A stretch of DNA of 64,000 nucleotides from Emiliania huxleyi CCMP1516 (taxonomy: Eukaryota): contig NW_005201551.1 of assembly GCF_000372725.1 (NCBI RefSeq), positions 378,594-442,593 on the forward strand, in the 5' to 3' direction. The number at the start of each line of letters is the position of its first letter. Position 1 is the stretch's first letter. The translations under genes were made by a program, and so were the position numbers. The notes below the pieces were generated by a model. That model saw only the letters and a program-made list of their open reading frames with translations. It ran no database searches and was not told the origin of the DNA. This document shows, piece after piece, positions 10,254 through 23,883 of the stretch.

Positions 10254-12215
10254 TGGGACACGGGTGGTGGTGGTCCTCGGGTGGTGTTGGGACTTGGGCT
10301 GTCACACCGTCGATTTCTGCGATTTGTGCGAAGCGCGCGATTTCTGCGCGGAGCTCGCCGTGGCCCCGCGCGGCCGTACCTACTCGCGTTTTCGGCCCAC
10401 CACCCTCGACCGAGCTCACCACCATCGCGTACGCACGTTTTATCGTGTGCGCGACGCGCTCGATCACCACCGCGGTGGCGACAAGAGCGCCTTTTCAACA
10501 CGCTGCGATGGCGGTGTGCAGCACCAGCCGTCACGGCTTCCTGCGCCGCGTCGAGGCTCACCGAGCGGGAACGTAGGTCGACTCGACACGGCACGGCCCC
10601 AAACATCCCACGTCGCGCTCGCGTTCTGCCAGCTCTCTCCCCGCAGTCGCTGCTGCTCACGCTCTCGCCGCGCGTCTCCTGTGCTGCACGGCCACACGTG
10701 CGCCGCCCGTCCGCCGCGCGGGAGCGAAGCGCTCTTTGGTGGCGACACGAGCTGCTGTGCCATCGACTCTCGGCAGCCAAGGGATTCTGCCAAAGACATA
10801 CTCCGCCTTTCCCTGACACGCCGTCAAACCAAAATGGCAAGGCTACCCTCGCCTCGCCGGCAAGAAGACTGCCGGAGACGTGTGCGCATCGCACGGTGGC
10901 TTATATGTGCCCAGCTTCCGAGCGTCAGCAGCCTGTGAGATTTCGCAGCTCGATCAGCGCTCCTCACACACCAGCCGACACACCGGTCACCGCTCACGCA
11001 GAGCCGACACGCCGGCGCATCTCATCTCTATGTGGACGTGCAGCGCGCAGCGCAAGCGCTCTCAAGCGAAGGAGAAAACTAAAGATGCTCCTCATTAGAT
11101 TTCAGTTATTTTTTGCCTCCACTACGATACTGTGCGCACTGCCCGAGGCGGAAAAAACAGCCACGGCCTCAACTGCCGGACGGGCGTATTTGCAGGCGCG
11201 TTGTGTGTCGTGAAACGCCCGTCCCTGGAAACGTTCAGAGGTAGGACGACCGGTCGCCGTGCGCCTTGCATCCCACCGACTCATCGTAATCGTGCGTCAG
11301 CTCATCGTCGCCCGCTTCGATTAATGCGCGCGTTCACTATGTTGCGAACGGGCTCGGGCTGGTAGAGCGAGCCGAGACGCGATGCACGTTGCACAGCCGC
11401 GCGTGCGAGAAATACGCGTGGCAAATCTCGGGAACTTGCACCGCATACACACCGTTGCCCGACAGGCAGCAGGTGCGCACCGGCCGTCGCCGCACCGGCG
11501 ACCAGCGCTCTGAAGTCGGCGAGCGCTAGCCGCTGGTTGACGAGGTTGGGCCAGCGGTAGGCCCTCAGGCTTTTGGCTCGCCACCGAGCAATGTGTCGCC
11601 GAGCGATGCGCCGCCGAGCGAAGAGAATGGCGCCAGACAGACATAAGCTCGGTCTGAGGTTCCGCCTAGATGCACGACGTCAGCGGCGCGCCGGGCAAAT
11701 GTCTCGTGACAAATCATTTCCCTGCGCCACCAAAGAGCGCTTCGCTCCCGCGCGGCGGACGGGCGGCGCACGTGTGGCCGTGCAGCACAGGAGACGCGCG
11801 GCGAGAGCGTGAGCAGCAGCGACTGCGGGGAGAGAGCTGGCAGAACGCGAGCGCGACGTGGGATGTTTGGGGCCGTGCCGTGTCGAGTCGACCTACGTTC
11901 CCGCTCGGCGAGCCTCGACGCGGCGCAGGAAGCCGTGACGGCTGGTGCTGCACACCGCCATCGCAGCGTGTTGAAAAGGCGCTCTTGTCGCCACCGCGGT
12001 GGTGATCGAGCGCGTCGCGCACACGATAAAACGTGCGTACGCGATGGTGGTGAGCTCGGTCGAGGGTGGTGGGCCGAAAACGCGAGTAGGTACGGCCGCG
12101 CGGGGCCACGGCGAGCTCCGCGCAGAAATCGCGCGCTTCGCACAAATCGCAGAAATCGACGGTGTGACAGCCCAAGTCCCAACACCACCCGAGGACCACC
12201 ACCACCCGTGTCCCA
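10254..12215. mobile_element. Foldback/MULE-like element with 491-bp terminal inverted repeats
   Basis: 10254-10744 is the near-perfect reverse complement of 11725-12215. Termini TGGGACACGGG / CCCGTGTCCCA. The ~980-bp spacer has no recognisable protein. Flanks match only partly (TCTCACTT vs TCTCCCTC). Confidence 0.8.
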
Positions 12216-12321
12216 TCTCCCTCTCTCTCTCTCGTCTCTCTCGTCTCTCTCCCTCTCTCCCTCTCTCTCTCGTCTCTCTCCCTCTCTCCCTCTCTCTCTC
12301 GTCTCTCTCTCGTCTCTCTCG

Positions 12322-12350
<29 letters not shown>
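12216..12350. repeat. (CT)n-rich microsatellite
   Basis: Visible directly. Confidence 0.95.
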
Positions 12351-12353
<3 letters not shown>

Positions 12354-12851
12354 TGATCGGGTATTAATTATTAATTATTAATCATTGAGCGGCGGCGCGG
12401 CGCTGCGGCGGGCGGCGCGAGGCGGCGGCGCGGCGAGGCAGCGGGCGACGCAGGGCGGCGCGAGGGTGAGTTGAACAGGGGTTGTGCGCCAAGCCCTCCT
12501 GCTCGGCTCCAGCGAGTAGACAAGTGTTACCATCAACAGAGGAGAAGGATATGACCTCAGGGCTGATGTGACCAAGCGCTGGTAGCGTGGTTTTACCTCA
12601 CACCCATGGTCTCACAGTGTGCCGGCAGTCGCCGAGCAGTGTCGCTCACACAAGCCGCAGCACAAGTGACTGAGGGCCAGTGAGGGCGAGCCCATCGCTG
12701 TCACAGCTGTGGCAGCCGCACAGTGTAGGCTGTGTCAGCTGTGCAGAGTGTGTGAGCAGCAGAGGAGCTGCTCTCCAGGCTTCTGTCGCAAAGAGCTGCA
12801 TGCCACCGAAAGCGCTGTCGAGGTTCGCCGAGCGCGGCGCAGGTTGGAGGA

Positions 12852-13755
12852 CTCTGGGCCGGCGCGGGGCCCCCCGGAGGCACCGTGCGCCGCGCCGCAG
12901 TGCGGAAACGGGGCCCCGGCTCCGCTAGTCTCCGCTAGCACCGACTTCCCGATTAAGTACGGTTAATCAGAGGGCAGATTTGGAGAGATCTCGAGGAGTA
13001 CATACAGATAGACCCTCCAACCATCAGAAAACTCCGACCTGATCGGTCGTACTGACCGCCGACAGATCACTCCAGACAGCAGACAGGCCGACGCCTGCAC
13101 GCGGCCGGCCGGGCGAGAGGCTTGACACGATCCGACCCTGCGACCCTGACGCTGCTGCTCTAGCTATCAGCCATGCACTGCTGACTGCTGCCACAATGTG
13201 CGACCTGTGCTGGCCCACTTGGCGGCCTTCCCGGTCAGTGGTGAGGCGCAGTTCAGAGCTGTCGATGGCGCGATGCCGCACTGGTCCCACATTGGTGACA
13301 CGATACCACCAAGCTTGCCGGTCCAAGAGAGAGGCACCGGCGCTGTCCTGAGAAGGTGCGTGGTCCCTCTTGACTGCCCATGCGCGCGAGGCTGTGTAGG
13401 CATAGCCTCGAGAGTGCCAGCAGCCAATCCGAGGTGACGCGCATTGCGCCAGAAGCGTGCACACGATGGAAGGACACCTTCCTACTGGCCGTACGATCAG
13501 GTCGTCACTGAATGCTTGATACTAAGGCCGCGAGCTATGCAGGTGATCAATTGTGCTTCATGGCACGGTCAGCTGCGCCGACAGGCTGTAGCAAGGCGTG
13601 ATAGCATGGCCGCAAGTACGCCGAATTCCCATGAAAACAAGTAAAAAAACGCCAAAAAAGAAAACAATCCGAAAAAATCGGCGCCTGCGGCGGGCCATGG
13701 GACCCCATCTCCCCCCCGCATGGACACCCTCTGGGGCCCCCGCGCCGGCCCAGAG
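12852..13755 (+). mobile_element. Non-autonomous TIR DNA transposon (~900 bp family), copy A
   Basis: TIRs CTCTGGGCCGGCGCGGGG.. / ..CCCCGCGCCGGCCCAGAG. Perfect 8-bp TSD TTGGAGGA (12844-12851, 13756-13763). Near-identical to 39853-41118 and 49864-50766 in the opposite orientation. Confidence 0.92.
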
Positions 13756-14732
13756 TTGGAGGACACCGTCACCGACGAGCGCGTTGGACTTTTCACTCCG
13801 GACAAGGACGGGGACACAGCGGACGGTGCGGGGTGTGTCCCCGTCTAGCGGCGAGGCGCGGGACCGTCTGTGGCGAAGTGGGTCGCTTCCTCCGATATTG
13901 TTCAACCCAGCATCCACACTGTTAGAGGGCCCACAGCGTCCCAATCTAAAATCTGAGGATTCAGGATCAGGCATCGCTTCAGTGGGGCCAAAGTGAGTTT
14001 ATGGATGTGTGAGAACGGTACGGGACACGAGGAGGCACGCGGACCAACTCGTCGGCGACTCTGCTGCACGGCGTTTCAGAATTTTTCTCAGCGTGAGCGA
14101 GACGTGGAAGAGTGCCACCGTCGGGTAGGACGGGTCGGCCCGGAGCATCAGAGTAGCCGTCGTGGTCGCGGCGAGCAGCGCCGGCCACTCCGGCGCCGCG
14201 TCGGCAACATGGGAGCATGTCCACCGCCACTTCGCGGTCGCAGTGCTGTTTTGTCGCCAAACGCCGCATGTACCTCTGGCGGGCCAAAGATCGACTCGCA
14301 TGTCGATTTCGACTTGACGGCGGCATGGAGGCATCACGTCTCCATGCCGCCGTCAAGTCGGAGCCAGTCTGCGGCGATCACAGCGCTCGCAGGAGGTACA
14401 TGCGAGCTTTTCCGAGTCAAGCGATTGCGCGAAATCCCACAGTGGTGGATTTTGGTGCGCTGTGCACCCCCTATACCACACCCTTTATCACCTGCTGCGC
14501 CGTGTGGATCTCCTTCGTGTCGCAGAATAAGAACACTCGAGCCACGAGCGCGCCCAGACGCTATGCGCCACACTGAACGAGCCCCGTGGACCAGGGTTGA
14601 TTTGAGTCTAACGACCAGAGTTTGCTACAGTTGGGCCAACGTGCGGACAGAGAGACCAGACGAGCCAAAGACCCAACTCTCTCTCTCCGGCCGTCGCCTC
14701 AACGGCACCCGGCACTCTCCAGCCGCGATGCC

Positions 14733-15449
14733 TCATCCTGCGTCGCCCGGCGCCATCCCCGTCGCCTCGAAGGACGCCTCGCTGCCCATCCTTGCGGCGG
14801 CGCCTCCTGCCGCGTCGAGCTCCAGCAGCAGCGCCTGCGCCTCGTCCACCGAGGGGTCGCCTGTGAGGAATAATGAATGGCTAATTAGGGGGTCGCAGCA
14901 GCGGCTTCGCCTTATCCACCGAGGGGTCGCCGTCGAGCTTCCACCCTTCGGCAAGGATCGCCTTGGAGGGCGGGTGGGGGGGGGGGCACCACGGTTAGCG
15001 AAGGTTATTCATTACTGGCAATTGCTCATTCTTAGGATCGCCGCGAGAGGGGGTCACCGCGCGGCCAGCTACACGTTACTTAATCATGGGCAGCTGTTGC
15101 TCGCTACTAGGACCGCCTTGAAGGTGTCGTAGAACCGCGTCAGCTTCTCCCCAAGCTCCGCCGCCCTCCGCCGCTGCGCCGGCGCCGCCTGATAACTAAC
15201 CACTAGTCAATGAGAGTGGGTTGATCAGATCGGCCTTTCGCCGCCGCGGCGGCGCCGCCTCGCCCTCCCCTCGCGCGAACACGGCGAGCCGCTGCTGCAG
15301 CGCCTGTGGGTAGGGTAAGGTAAGGTAAGGTACGGTACGGTCAGCTTCTCCACACACACACGAGGTGGCGGGGCAGGGGCCAGGCTAGTCCCTCGCGACT
15401 CCACGTCTAGACGACAGGAGCCGCACGGCATTCAAGGTGCGCGTGGGTG

Positions 15450-15505
<56 letters not shown>

Positions 15506-15543
15506 GTGTGTGTGTGTGTGTGCGCGCGCGCGCGTGTGTGTGT

Positions 15544-15635
<92 letters not shown>

Positions 15636-15654
15636 TGTGTGTCTGTGTGTGCGT

Positions 15655-15709
<55 letters not shown>

Positions 15710-16612
15710 GTACTCTTGCCAGTTGCTTACTTCATAACCATAAATACATTGACTAATTGTGAACTACTGCATGAGGCGGCGCCTGGTACTCTTGCCAGCT
15801 GGTCGGCATCGGGTGCTGCGCCGCGTAAGGCGCGTCCGGGATGTCGCCCTCATCGTACTTCATGTACCTGCGGAGATATGGGCGAGATATGGGCGAGATA
15901 TGGGCGAGATATGGGCGAGATATGGTTCAGATATGGGCGAGATATGGGCGAGATATGGTCGAGATCGGACATCGCCATGCATCGTCCTTCTCGACCAGTC
16001 TCCACCAGTCTCGTCCGATCTCGACCGATCTCGGCGGATCTCGGCCGGTCTCGGCGGATCTCGACCAATCTCCTCCGATCTCGGCGGATCTCGGCGGAGC
16101 TCGCACTTGTATTGCGGCTCCACATACTCCGCCGTCTCCACCTCCGTCACCTCCTCGATGGCCTCGGCGCCGCTCTTCGTCTCGAGCGCCTCCCTCGACA
16201 GCGCGGCCAGCTCCTCCGCCGAGTACGTCGACACCACCGACCAGTCCTCGCGCTGCAGAAAGTTCGGCTCTTCGGCCGCGCCCGTGTCTCGGAGGCCGAT
16301 CGTGGTGGCAAAGGGGCCGACGTCGAAGGTGCGCAGCCGCGGGTCCGTGACCGCGTCGTCCTCGTCGCTCTCGACCGGGTCGATCCCCGGACCGGACTTG
16401 AGCGACAGCAGCGGCGCCACCTTGCCGTCGCCGTCCGCGTCGTCGCTCGGTGCGGCGGCCATGCGCGGCGCGCAGGCGACGGCGCGGCGAGGCGCGGTCA
16501 GCAGGAAGGGCGCAGAGGCGCGGCCGACGGCGAGCGAGTGCGCCGCCGACGCGGCGAGCAGCAGCAGCAGCGGCTCGACGCGCCGCCGCCACGCTTGCAA
16601 CGAGGCCGCCAT
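14733..16612 (-). CDS. Hypothetical protein with bipartite signal/transit-like N-terminus (predicted plastid-targeted), multi-exon
   Basis: [21 protein letters not shown] (hydrophobic signal) then ..[15 protein letters not shown] (transit-like). Further exons ~15868-15785 ([20 protein letters not shown]), ~15300-15240, ~15190-15115 ([15 protein letters not shown]) and ~14860-14733. Boundaries approximate. Confidence 0.6.
15310..15455 (-). mobile_element. Short SINE-like dispersed element with (CCTTA)n tail, attached to a (CA)n tract; copy 1
   Basis: The reverse complement matches 22877-23013 (CTCACCCACGCGCAC..TTGAATGCCGTG.GGCTCCTGTCGTC..GACGTGGAG..CCACCTCGTGTGTGTGGAGAAG..CCTTACCTTACC). Confidence 0.7.
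15452..15707. repeat. (GT)n microsatellite (others at 17933-17974, 22776-22877, 56148-56322)
   Basis: Visible directly. Confidence 0.97.
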
Positions 16613-17930
16613 CAGATCTGGATTCGGTTCCCCCGCCGGTAGGGGAGGTGAATGCTCCGAGCGACGCGTGCCGGATGGAGTTCTCATTGGTGGAGTATAG
16701 GTACGAGGGTGGTGGGGCATCTCTTGCGGGTCTCGCCAGGGGCGCCTACCAACCTCGCTTGCGAGGGGCGTGTGGCATGTCTGAACGGACTCGTGAGGGG
16801 CGCCTGCCAACCTCGCTTCGTCGACGCGGCGCTTTGTACCCACACCCACCCCGCCGCATTCGTCGCCGGCGCGCGACAGGCTCCCGTCGGCCGGACTGCC
16901 CTCGACGAGTGGGTGTCGCCAACCAAAGCGACACGCACTCGAGGGTAGGCTGATAACTGCACTCCAAGTGCTCCAAGGAACAGGGGCCGGGATGTTGCGA
17001 CGGAGGGCCGGAGCTATGGGCTGGCGCCACGACGTTGCAGGACACGGAGGGGTGGAAGGAGCTGGTGAAGGCGGGAAAGATTCTGCTCTTCGACGAGGAT
17101 CGGGCGGTGGTGATGCGATATGCTCCAGGGGAAGTAGACGTCGTCCGCCGCCGCCTCCGCCGCCCGCGTGCCTCCGCCCCGCTCAGCAAAAAATCAGCAT
17201 TATATCAGGAGGTGCCAAAGCCGCAGCATCTCCATGAGATGAGCGTCGTGCGTTTTGCCGCCGCGTGCCGCCGCTGCGCCGACTGGCTCCCGGTTCGAAT
17301 CGTCCTTCGCGGAGCGAACGCGGCGACACGAGCGCACGTCGCGCGCGTGTGCGCCTGCGACAAGACGAGACGAGACGAGAAGAGAAGGAGAAGTAGACGG
17401 TTGATGTTTTTGCTGCCGCGGCCGCGCCGCGAGCTCGCGTCTGTTTTGGCGCCGACGACGCGACGCGCCCCGCTGCGTGAGATGGCGCCGCCGCGGAGTC
17501 GGCGCCGCGATCAACCGCGCGCCAGCGGCGAGCGGCGCAGCGCGGCCACCATGCGGCGTGAGTGAGTGAGTATTCTTGATACGAAACCACGACGACACAC
17601 ACCAGTCGACTCGCATCGGTTGCCTCCATGAACGGCGGAGCTATTCTCGCGCCCACACCACACCTGGCTCCAACGTGGACACGCCCATAGCTGGGGACAC
17701 TACTAGGTCACGCATGGCATCACAGAAGTTTTATCTCTGGGCCCCGAAAGGCATCTCTAGCAGTGTCGCTACACATGCCCCCTCCCCTCCTGGGCGCATG
17801 CGCCTCACGTCTCGCCAGAGCATAAGCCCTTGGCGTGTGGCGAGACGAGTTTTTCGCCATGCAGCGAGCAGCAAGCCGCCCGCCGCAAACAGCCGGAGGC
17901 CTCGCCGCGGCACTGGCTGCGCCGCGGTCC

Positions 17931-17976
<46 letters not shown>

Positions 17977-18255
17977 ATGCGGCGCGACGTGCCCGCCGCC
18001 GCTTTTTTTCTTTTTTTCAGGCCCACAAAACGGGCTGCCCCCTCGCGGGTTCTCGCCCGCCACCCTGCCACCCTCCGCCCCTCCAGCAGTAGAAACACCC
18101 ATTGCCACTGTATCGTACGCACCTCTGCCAGCCCTCGCCTGCGTCCGGTCTCTCACCACCGCTCGCAGCGGACGCCGCTCTCGCCGCCGCCACCGCCCGC
18201 GCGACCGCCCGCGTGACCGCTCTACACAGGCTCCACGCACGCGCAGCGGGCCGCT

Positions 18256-21200
18256 ATGTCTTTGGGCGGTGGCGCCTACTTTGAGGAGCGGAACGCCAAG
18301 GAGGGCGTGCCGTACGATGCCGCTTCTCTCCCAGACATGAGCGCCGTGTTTGGGCCGTCGAAGGCGGAGAAGGAGGCGCAGGCGGAGGAGGAGAAGAAGA
18401 AGGAGGAGCCGCTGCCGAAGGCGCGCCGCCTCCCCGCAGACGCAGCCGCCGCGGCTCGCGCAGCACGCACGCACGCAGCACACGCACACCTTCTCTGTGC
18501 GGCAGCGGCAGCAGCGGCGCCGCCACAGGCGTCCGAAGCCGACACCGTTTGGGACAGGTGCCGCCGCTGCCTATGACGGTCGACGCGGCGTACGAGTTCC
18601 TCGGCATCGCGCCGCCCGACCGAGGCGAGAAACCCGAGACGCCTCCGAGACACTACCGAGACGCTTCCGAGACACTACCGAGACGCTTCCGAGACACTTC
18701 CGAGACACGTCACTGTCTTTCGCGTTCTCGGAGCCCGTGGGAGCCTGCCTGGAGCCTTCCTCCCGCAGGCAGCCTCGAGAAGCTGAAGAGACACTTCCGA
18801 GACACTTCCGAGACACTTCCTCCCGCAGGCAGCCTCGAGAAGCTGAAGATGCGGTTCCGCAAGATGAGCCTCAAGTGGCACCCCGACAAGAACATCCGCC
18901 GGCCAGAGGTGGAGGACTAGCCGAGAGATCGCCGAGAGATCGCCGAGAGATCGCCGAGAGATCGCCGAGAGATCACAGAGAGATCGCAGAGAGATCGCAG
19001 AGAGGTCGCAGGTCGCATAGGATTCGCAAAGAGAACACAGAACAACGCAAAGTGGTAACTTAAAACAACGCAAGGGGTCTCCGGTAGCTACACGTCTCAG
19101 AAGCTCGACCCCGCATCTCGGCTCGATCTCGCCCCCCCAGGCGGCGGCGGAGGTGTTCAAGGCTGTCAACGCGGCGTACCATACGCTGACGACAAACAAC
19201 TTCGACTACAAACGGCGGGCCTCGCCGAGCGCGCGCCGCGGCCCAAGCCGGCGACCAATTCGTGCGGACGAGTGATAACAGGTCCCCCCGTCCCGCCCCC
19301 ACTCACACCCACAACACGCGCACTGGGCGGGCTCTTTTCATGTGGGATGGAGAGAGCCCCGCCCCCCGCCGCCTTCTGTAGAGTGTACCTTGCCTCAACT
19401 CACCTCTCAGTCCTAGTCCTTCACGATTCCTCCGCACACCTCCCATCTCTCCCCTATCTCTCCGCACACCTCCCCATGTCTCGCCATCTCTCAGGTGGTC
19501 CGAGTCCTTCACGATCCCCCCGATGCAGTCGCTCGAGGACGTGCTGGTGATGGCGCTCAAGGGCGCCATTGCGAGATTGCACGAGATTGCACGAGAGTGC
19601 ACGAGATTGCACGAGAGTGCACGAGAGTGCACGAGATTGACACCACAGACCACGGCGTGGGCGGCGTCTCGTCACGGCTGGAGGTGTGAACAGGCGCCGA
19701 CCCTTACCAGGCCCCGTCGTGCTGCTCATTCGACGCGCAAGCTTCTTCAGCCACTGGTTAGCGATGCTACTGATTTGGTCAGGTCGAGATTCCATCTGGT
19801 GCATCTGCACACCCACGAGATTGCGCGAGATTGTGCCACGGCCTGACCAGGTCGAGATGCTGCTTAAAAAGCGGGGCGACTACCGGCCGCACCAAGACTT
19901 CGGCGTCAACCTCTCCATCCCGTGGAACGCGGGCAGCCGCGAGGACCAATTCATTTCCAGCGCCAGTGGGGTGGCGACAGGTCGAGTCGCTTCATGGCTG
20001 CAGCTGTGAACAGGACCCGTCCTACCACGTGCACACCGGCTCGGCGTACCACACGACGCGAGGGCCTCGAGGACCAAGGCACTGGGCGGTGGGGCGGTTT
20101 TCTCTTCACGGCTGGAGGTGTGAGCAGGCGCGGGCTCGAGGACAGAGGAAAGGCCGAGCTGGGATACGACGGCAGCGCTTCCGGTGACGCGGGTTGGGGG
20201 GGTGAGATGCCGAGGCGACGGCGACGACTTCACAGACGGCGGGCTTTGAACAGGCGACGCGTATGGAGGGCAGATTGTGAGGCACGTCGAGACTCAAGAT
20301 TTGCTCGACCAGTTTGGGGCGAAGGCGCAGGTGGGAGCAGACAGGGACGCGAGGCCTTGGGAGACGGTGGGAGGAGTGGGCTTTGGCGGGGGCGGCGGCG
20401 GCAGCGGCGGCGGCGGTGCGCCCAAGGCGGCGTATGCGAAGCCGAAGGGGCGGGCGGGGGGGCGGCGTCTCTTCACAGCTGCTGGCTGTGAACAGGCGTA
20501 CGCGAAGCCGAAGGGCCGGCCGGACTTGACTTCGCAGAGCGAGGGGGCGAGGGAGGCGGCGGAGGGGTTCAACGACCAGGCAGTCAAGGCGTTCAAGGCG
20601 AAGGACTGGCAGCGCTGCTACGACCTCTCCTCCGAGGCGATCCGACTCAACCCGCGCAAGACGGCATATCTCGGTCGATCTCGCATCCGCCTGACAGGTC
20701 GAGTCAATTGATAGCAAGCAGTTTTAATTAATCACGTTAATTAATTAATAGGCAACCGCGCCGCTGCGGCGCTGAAGATCAAGTCGCGCAAGATGCTGAA
20801 GCAGGCGGCGGAGGATTCGGTGGCGGAGATTCGCCGAGATTCGCCGAGAGACGACGCACGAATCGAACGATGAAGTGGACGCATCGCATCCATTGGCTTA
20901 TAGGTGCGGGCGTACGTACCGATGGAGCACCTCCACCCATGATTGGTTAACCAATTCGTTAATGGATGCGTTAATAAAACAGGTCCTCGCGTACGAGATG
21001 GACCACTTCCTCAATGACTGGTTAATTGAGTTGTTAATTAACTAATCACAGGTCCTCGCGTACGAGATGGACCACCTCTACGCTAAGGCGTACGTGCGGG
21101 CGGCGCAGGCGAGAGATCGCCGAGAGATCGCCGAGAGATCGCCGAGAGATCGCCGACGGTCTCTCCGACCCTTACGCAGAGGCGCGAGAGATCGCCGAGA

Positions 21201-22035
21201 GATCGCCGAGAGATGACCGATAGCTCGCCGAGATATGGCCGAAGAGATCGCCCAGAGATGGCCGAGAGAAGACCGAGAGAGACGGCCGAGATAGATTCGG
21301 CGGCTGTGGACGGCGCCTCTTCACAGCGGCGCGGTGTGAAAACAGGCGCACCTCGAGCTGGGCGAGCGAGCGACGGTGAAGCTGGCGGTGCAGGCGCGCG
21401 CACGCGCCGTGAGTTTACTCCTTTCTTCCTTGGTACACATGGCCGTGGAGCTGGCGAGTGCCGGGAGCGCGGGGGGGGGGGGCAGAAGCAAAGAGAAGCT
21501 GCAAGGAAAAGAGAGCGCGGGGGATAGCGTGGGTTCGGGGCGGGAGACGCTGGGCTGATCTCGGCTGACCTCGGGTGATCTCCGCTGATCTCGGCTGACC
21601 TCGGCTGACCTCGGCTCACCTCGGCTGATCTCGGCTGCATCTCGGCTGACCTCGGCTCACCTCGGCATTAGGAGTGGGAGAAGGCGCTCGAGCTCGACCC
21701 GGACAACAAGTGGAGATTAGCCGAGATTCAACCGAGCTGCGATGCGAGATGCGATGCGATGCGAGATGCGATGCGAGATGAGGGGACTGAGACACCATCA
21801 GCCTTCCCCTTCAAACCACCCTGTCCACACATCCTTTCCTCTCGATCACCCGCCTTCAATCGCCCCTCCGCCGCCCCTCCCTCCTCGTCCCCTATCCATC
21901 CCCAGCACACATGGACATGGACATGGGGTTGCGCTTGGCGTGAACGGCGTCTCTTCACACCCCTTGCTGTGAAGCAGGTCGTACAAGGAGGGGCTCAAGG
22001 ACGCGCAGCTCACGTGGGAAGCCGACTGGGCGTAG
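18256..22035 (+). CDS. DnaJ (J-domain) + C-terminal TPR co-chaperone, many short exons
   Basis: Spliced reading: MTVDAAYEFLGI..LEKLKMRFRKMSLKWHPDKN..AAEVFKAVNAAYHTL (J-domain with HPD). TPRs: AEGFNDQAVKAFKAKDWQRCYDLSSEAIRLNP..YLGNRAAAALK..AKAYVRAAQAHLELG..WEKALELDPDNK. Ends ..LTWEADWA* at 22035. Confidence 0.9.
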
Positions 22036-22774
22036 AAGTAGAGCCGGGGAGAGGGAGGGGGGAGGGGCTCGGCGCGCGCTGTGGAGCCGGGGCAGCCAGG
22101 GCGCTACGGCAAGGCTGCAAGCCCGCGCAGCCGCGCCAGACGCTTAGAGAAAAGACCTTGCGCGCACGCACCTCCTGGTGGTGAGGAACAGGAAGGTGGC
22201 CGGAGTATGGTTCGGATGGGCTATATGTAATCTTTTTTGCGAGCACGCCGCGTCGTTCCCTCCTTCACCCGCGCTTAGCGGCGACACCGGTGGCGACGAA
22301 TCTCAGCGCGTCGTGGGCCGTGAGGGCCTGCACGTGTGGCCGTGGCGTGCCGTCCGTGGCGCGTGGGCCGTAACTATACGGCGATCCGCGGCGTGTGCGG
22401 AGGCTCGAGGATGCCACTTGCCAACGGCAGGTTAGCCGGCCGCGCGGCCTCCCGGGGGCCGCCTTGAAGGGGGGCGGACAGCCATGGAGGTCACCGAATG
22501 GAGGGCGAACGGCACGATACGAAAAGGCAGGGCGAGGCGGATGGAGAAAGAAGTGCCGAGAAGGCCATGGTGGAGGGGAGGGACGGGAGGACGAAAGAAG
22601 GGCGGGGAGGACGAGCGGCCCGCACAGACCGCGAGCAGACAGCGCCTGCTGGCCATTTCGAGACATTCGCCAAGAACGCTAGCTACATGGGAGGGCTTCG
22701 TGAAGGATGGATTGAAAAACATTCGAACAAAGAAGAGGCGACGGGAGGAACCGGCGGAGGATGCAGTGACGTGA

Positions 22775-23013
<239 letters not shown>

Positions 23014-23883
23014 GTCGGCGCTGCACGTGAGGCATAGCTACCCCAACGCCCTGCGAGCTTCCCCGCGCGCCCTGGGCGCCTCGGCGACCCCCCTCGCGAA
23101 CCCTGTATTGTTACTTTTTTTAACAATATATACACTGACACTCTACCTCCCAGAGCTCGTCCCGGTCCGCCACGGCCATCCTTGGCCTCCGGACGGAGGG
23201 CCCCCGGCCGCGGCGCGGTGCGGCGGCGTCACAAATCCGACCACAGTAGCACCGGGACGCGGTCGGGCGATCTGAGGCCCAACTAGGCGTATGCATTGCC
23301 CATCCAGGGCTATCACCTGGACCCATCAACAGGCGCCTGCGGCGCCGTGGTCACGAGGTGTTGTTCACACCTGGGCAAGCATTCATGCAGCACAGTACGC
23401 GCTAAAGTACCGCTCGGCGAACATCCTCGCCAAAAGCAAGACTCGAGCACTCAACACCCTCTCCACACCCCGTACGTGAATGGGCTTTCGTTTTTAAACA
23501 AATTAAAGGCTCTGGCCCACCCACGACGTCGACGAGCGGGACGAACGTGTATACGTACCCTATGGCTTCGGCCTTCGCCAACGCCACACGCACCGATGTT
23601 CGTGGTTGCCGTAGCTGCGCCGAAAAGCAGAGAGGCGTGTGGCCCATTGCCCCATTCCCCATTGCCCGGAGGCCCGGCGAGTCTCTCAGCCCGTGATGAA
23701 GTCGTCGAGCGGCGGCGGCCTTCCGACGGCAATCCTGCCCACGCGGCCGTCGGGGAAGGTCCAGCGCACCGGCACGCCGAACTGGGCGAGCGCGTTGACC
23801 CAGCCTGTTCACGGCTAATGAGTAATGAACAATGAATCATTAACAATTAACTGGGCATGGAAGGGCGCGCGCGCGTCGGCTAG

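Noticed and set aside
15437..15737. Cys-Val or His-Thr repeat ORFs (also 22498-22911, 55788-56456)
   Set aside because: Translations of (GT)n/(CA)n microsatellites.
16650..17260. Possible coding fragment (GWKELVKAGKILLFDEDRAVVMRY)
   Set aside because: No recognisable family or consistent exon structure.
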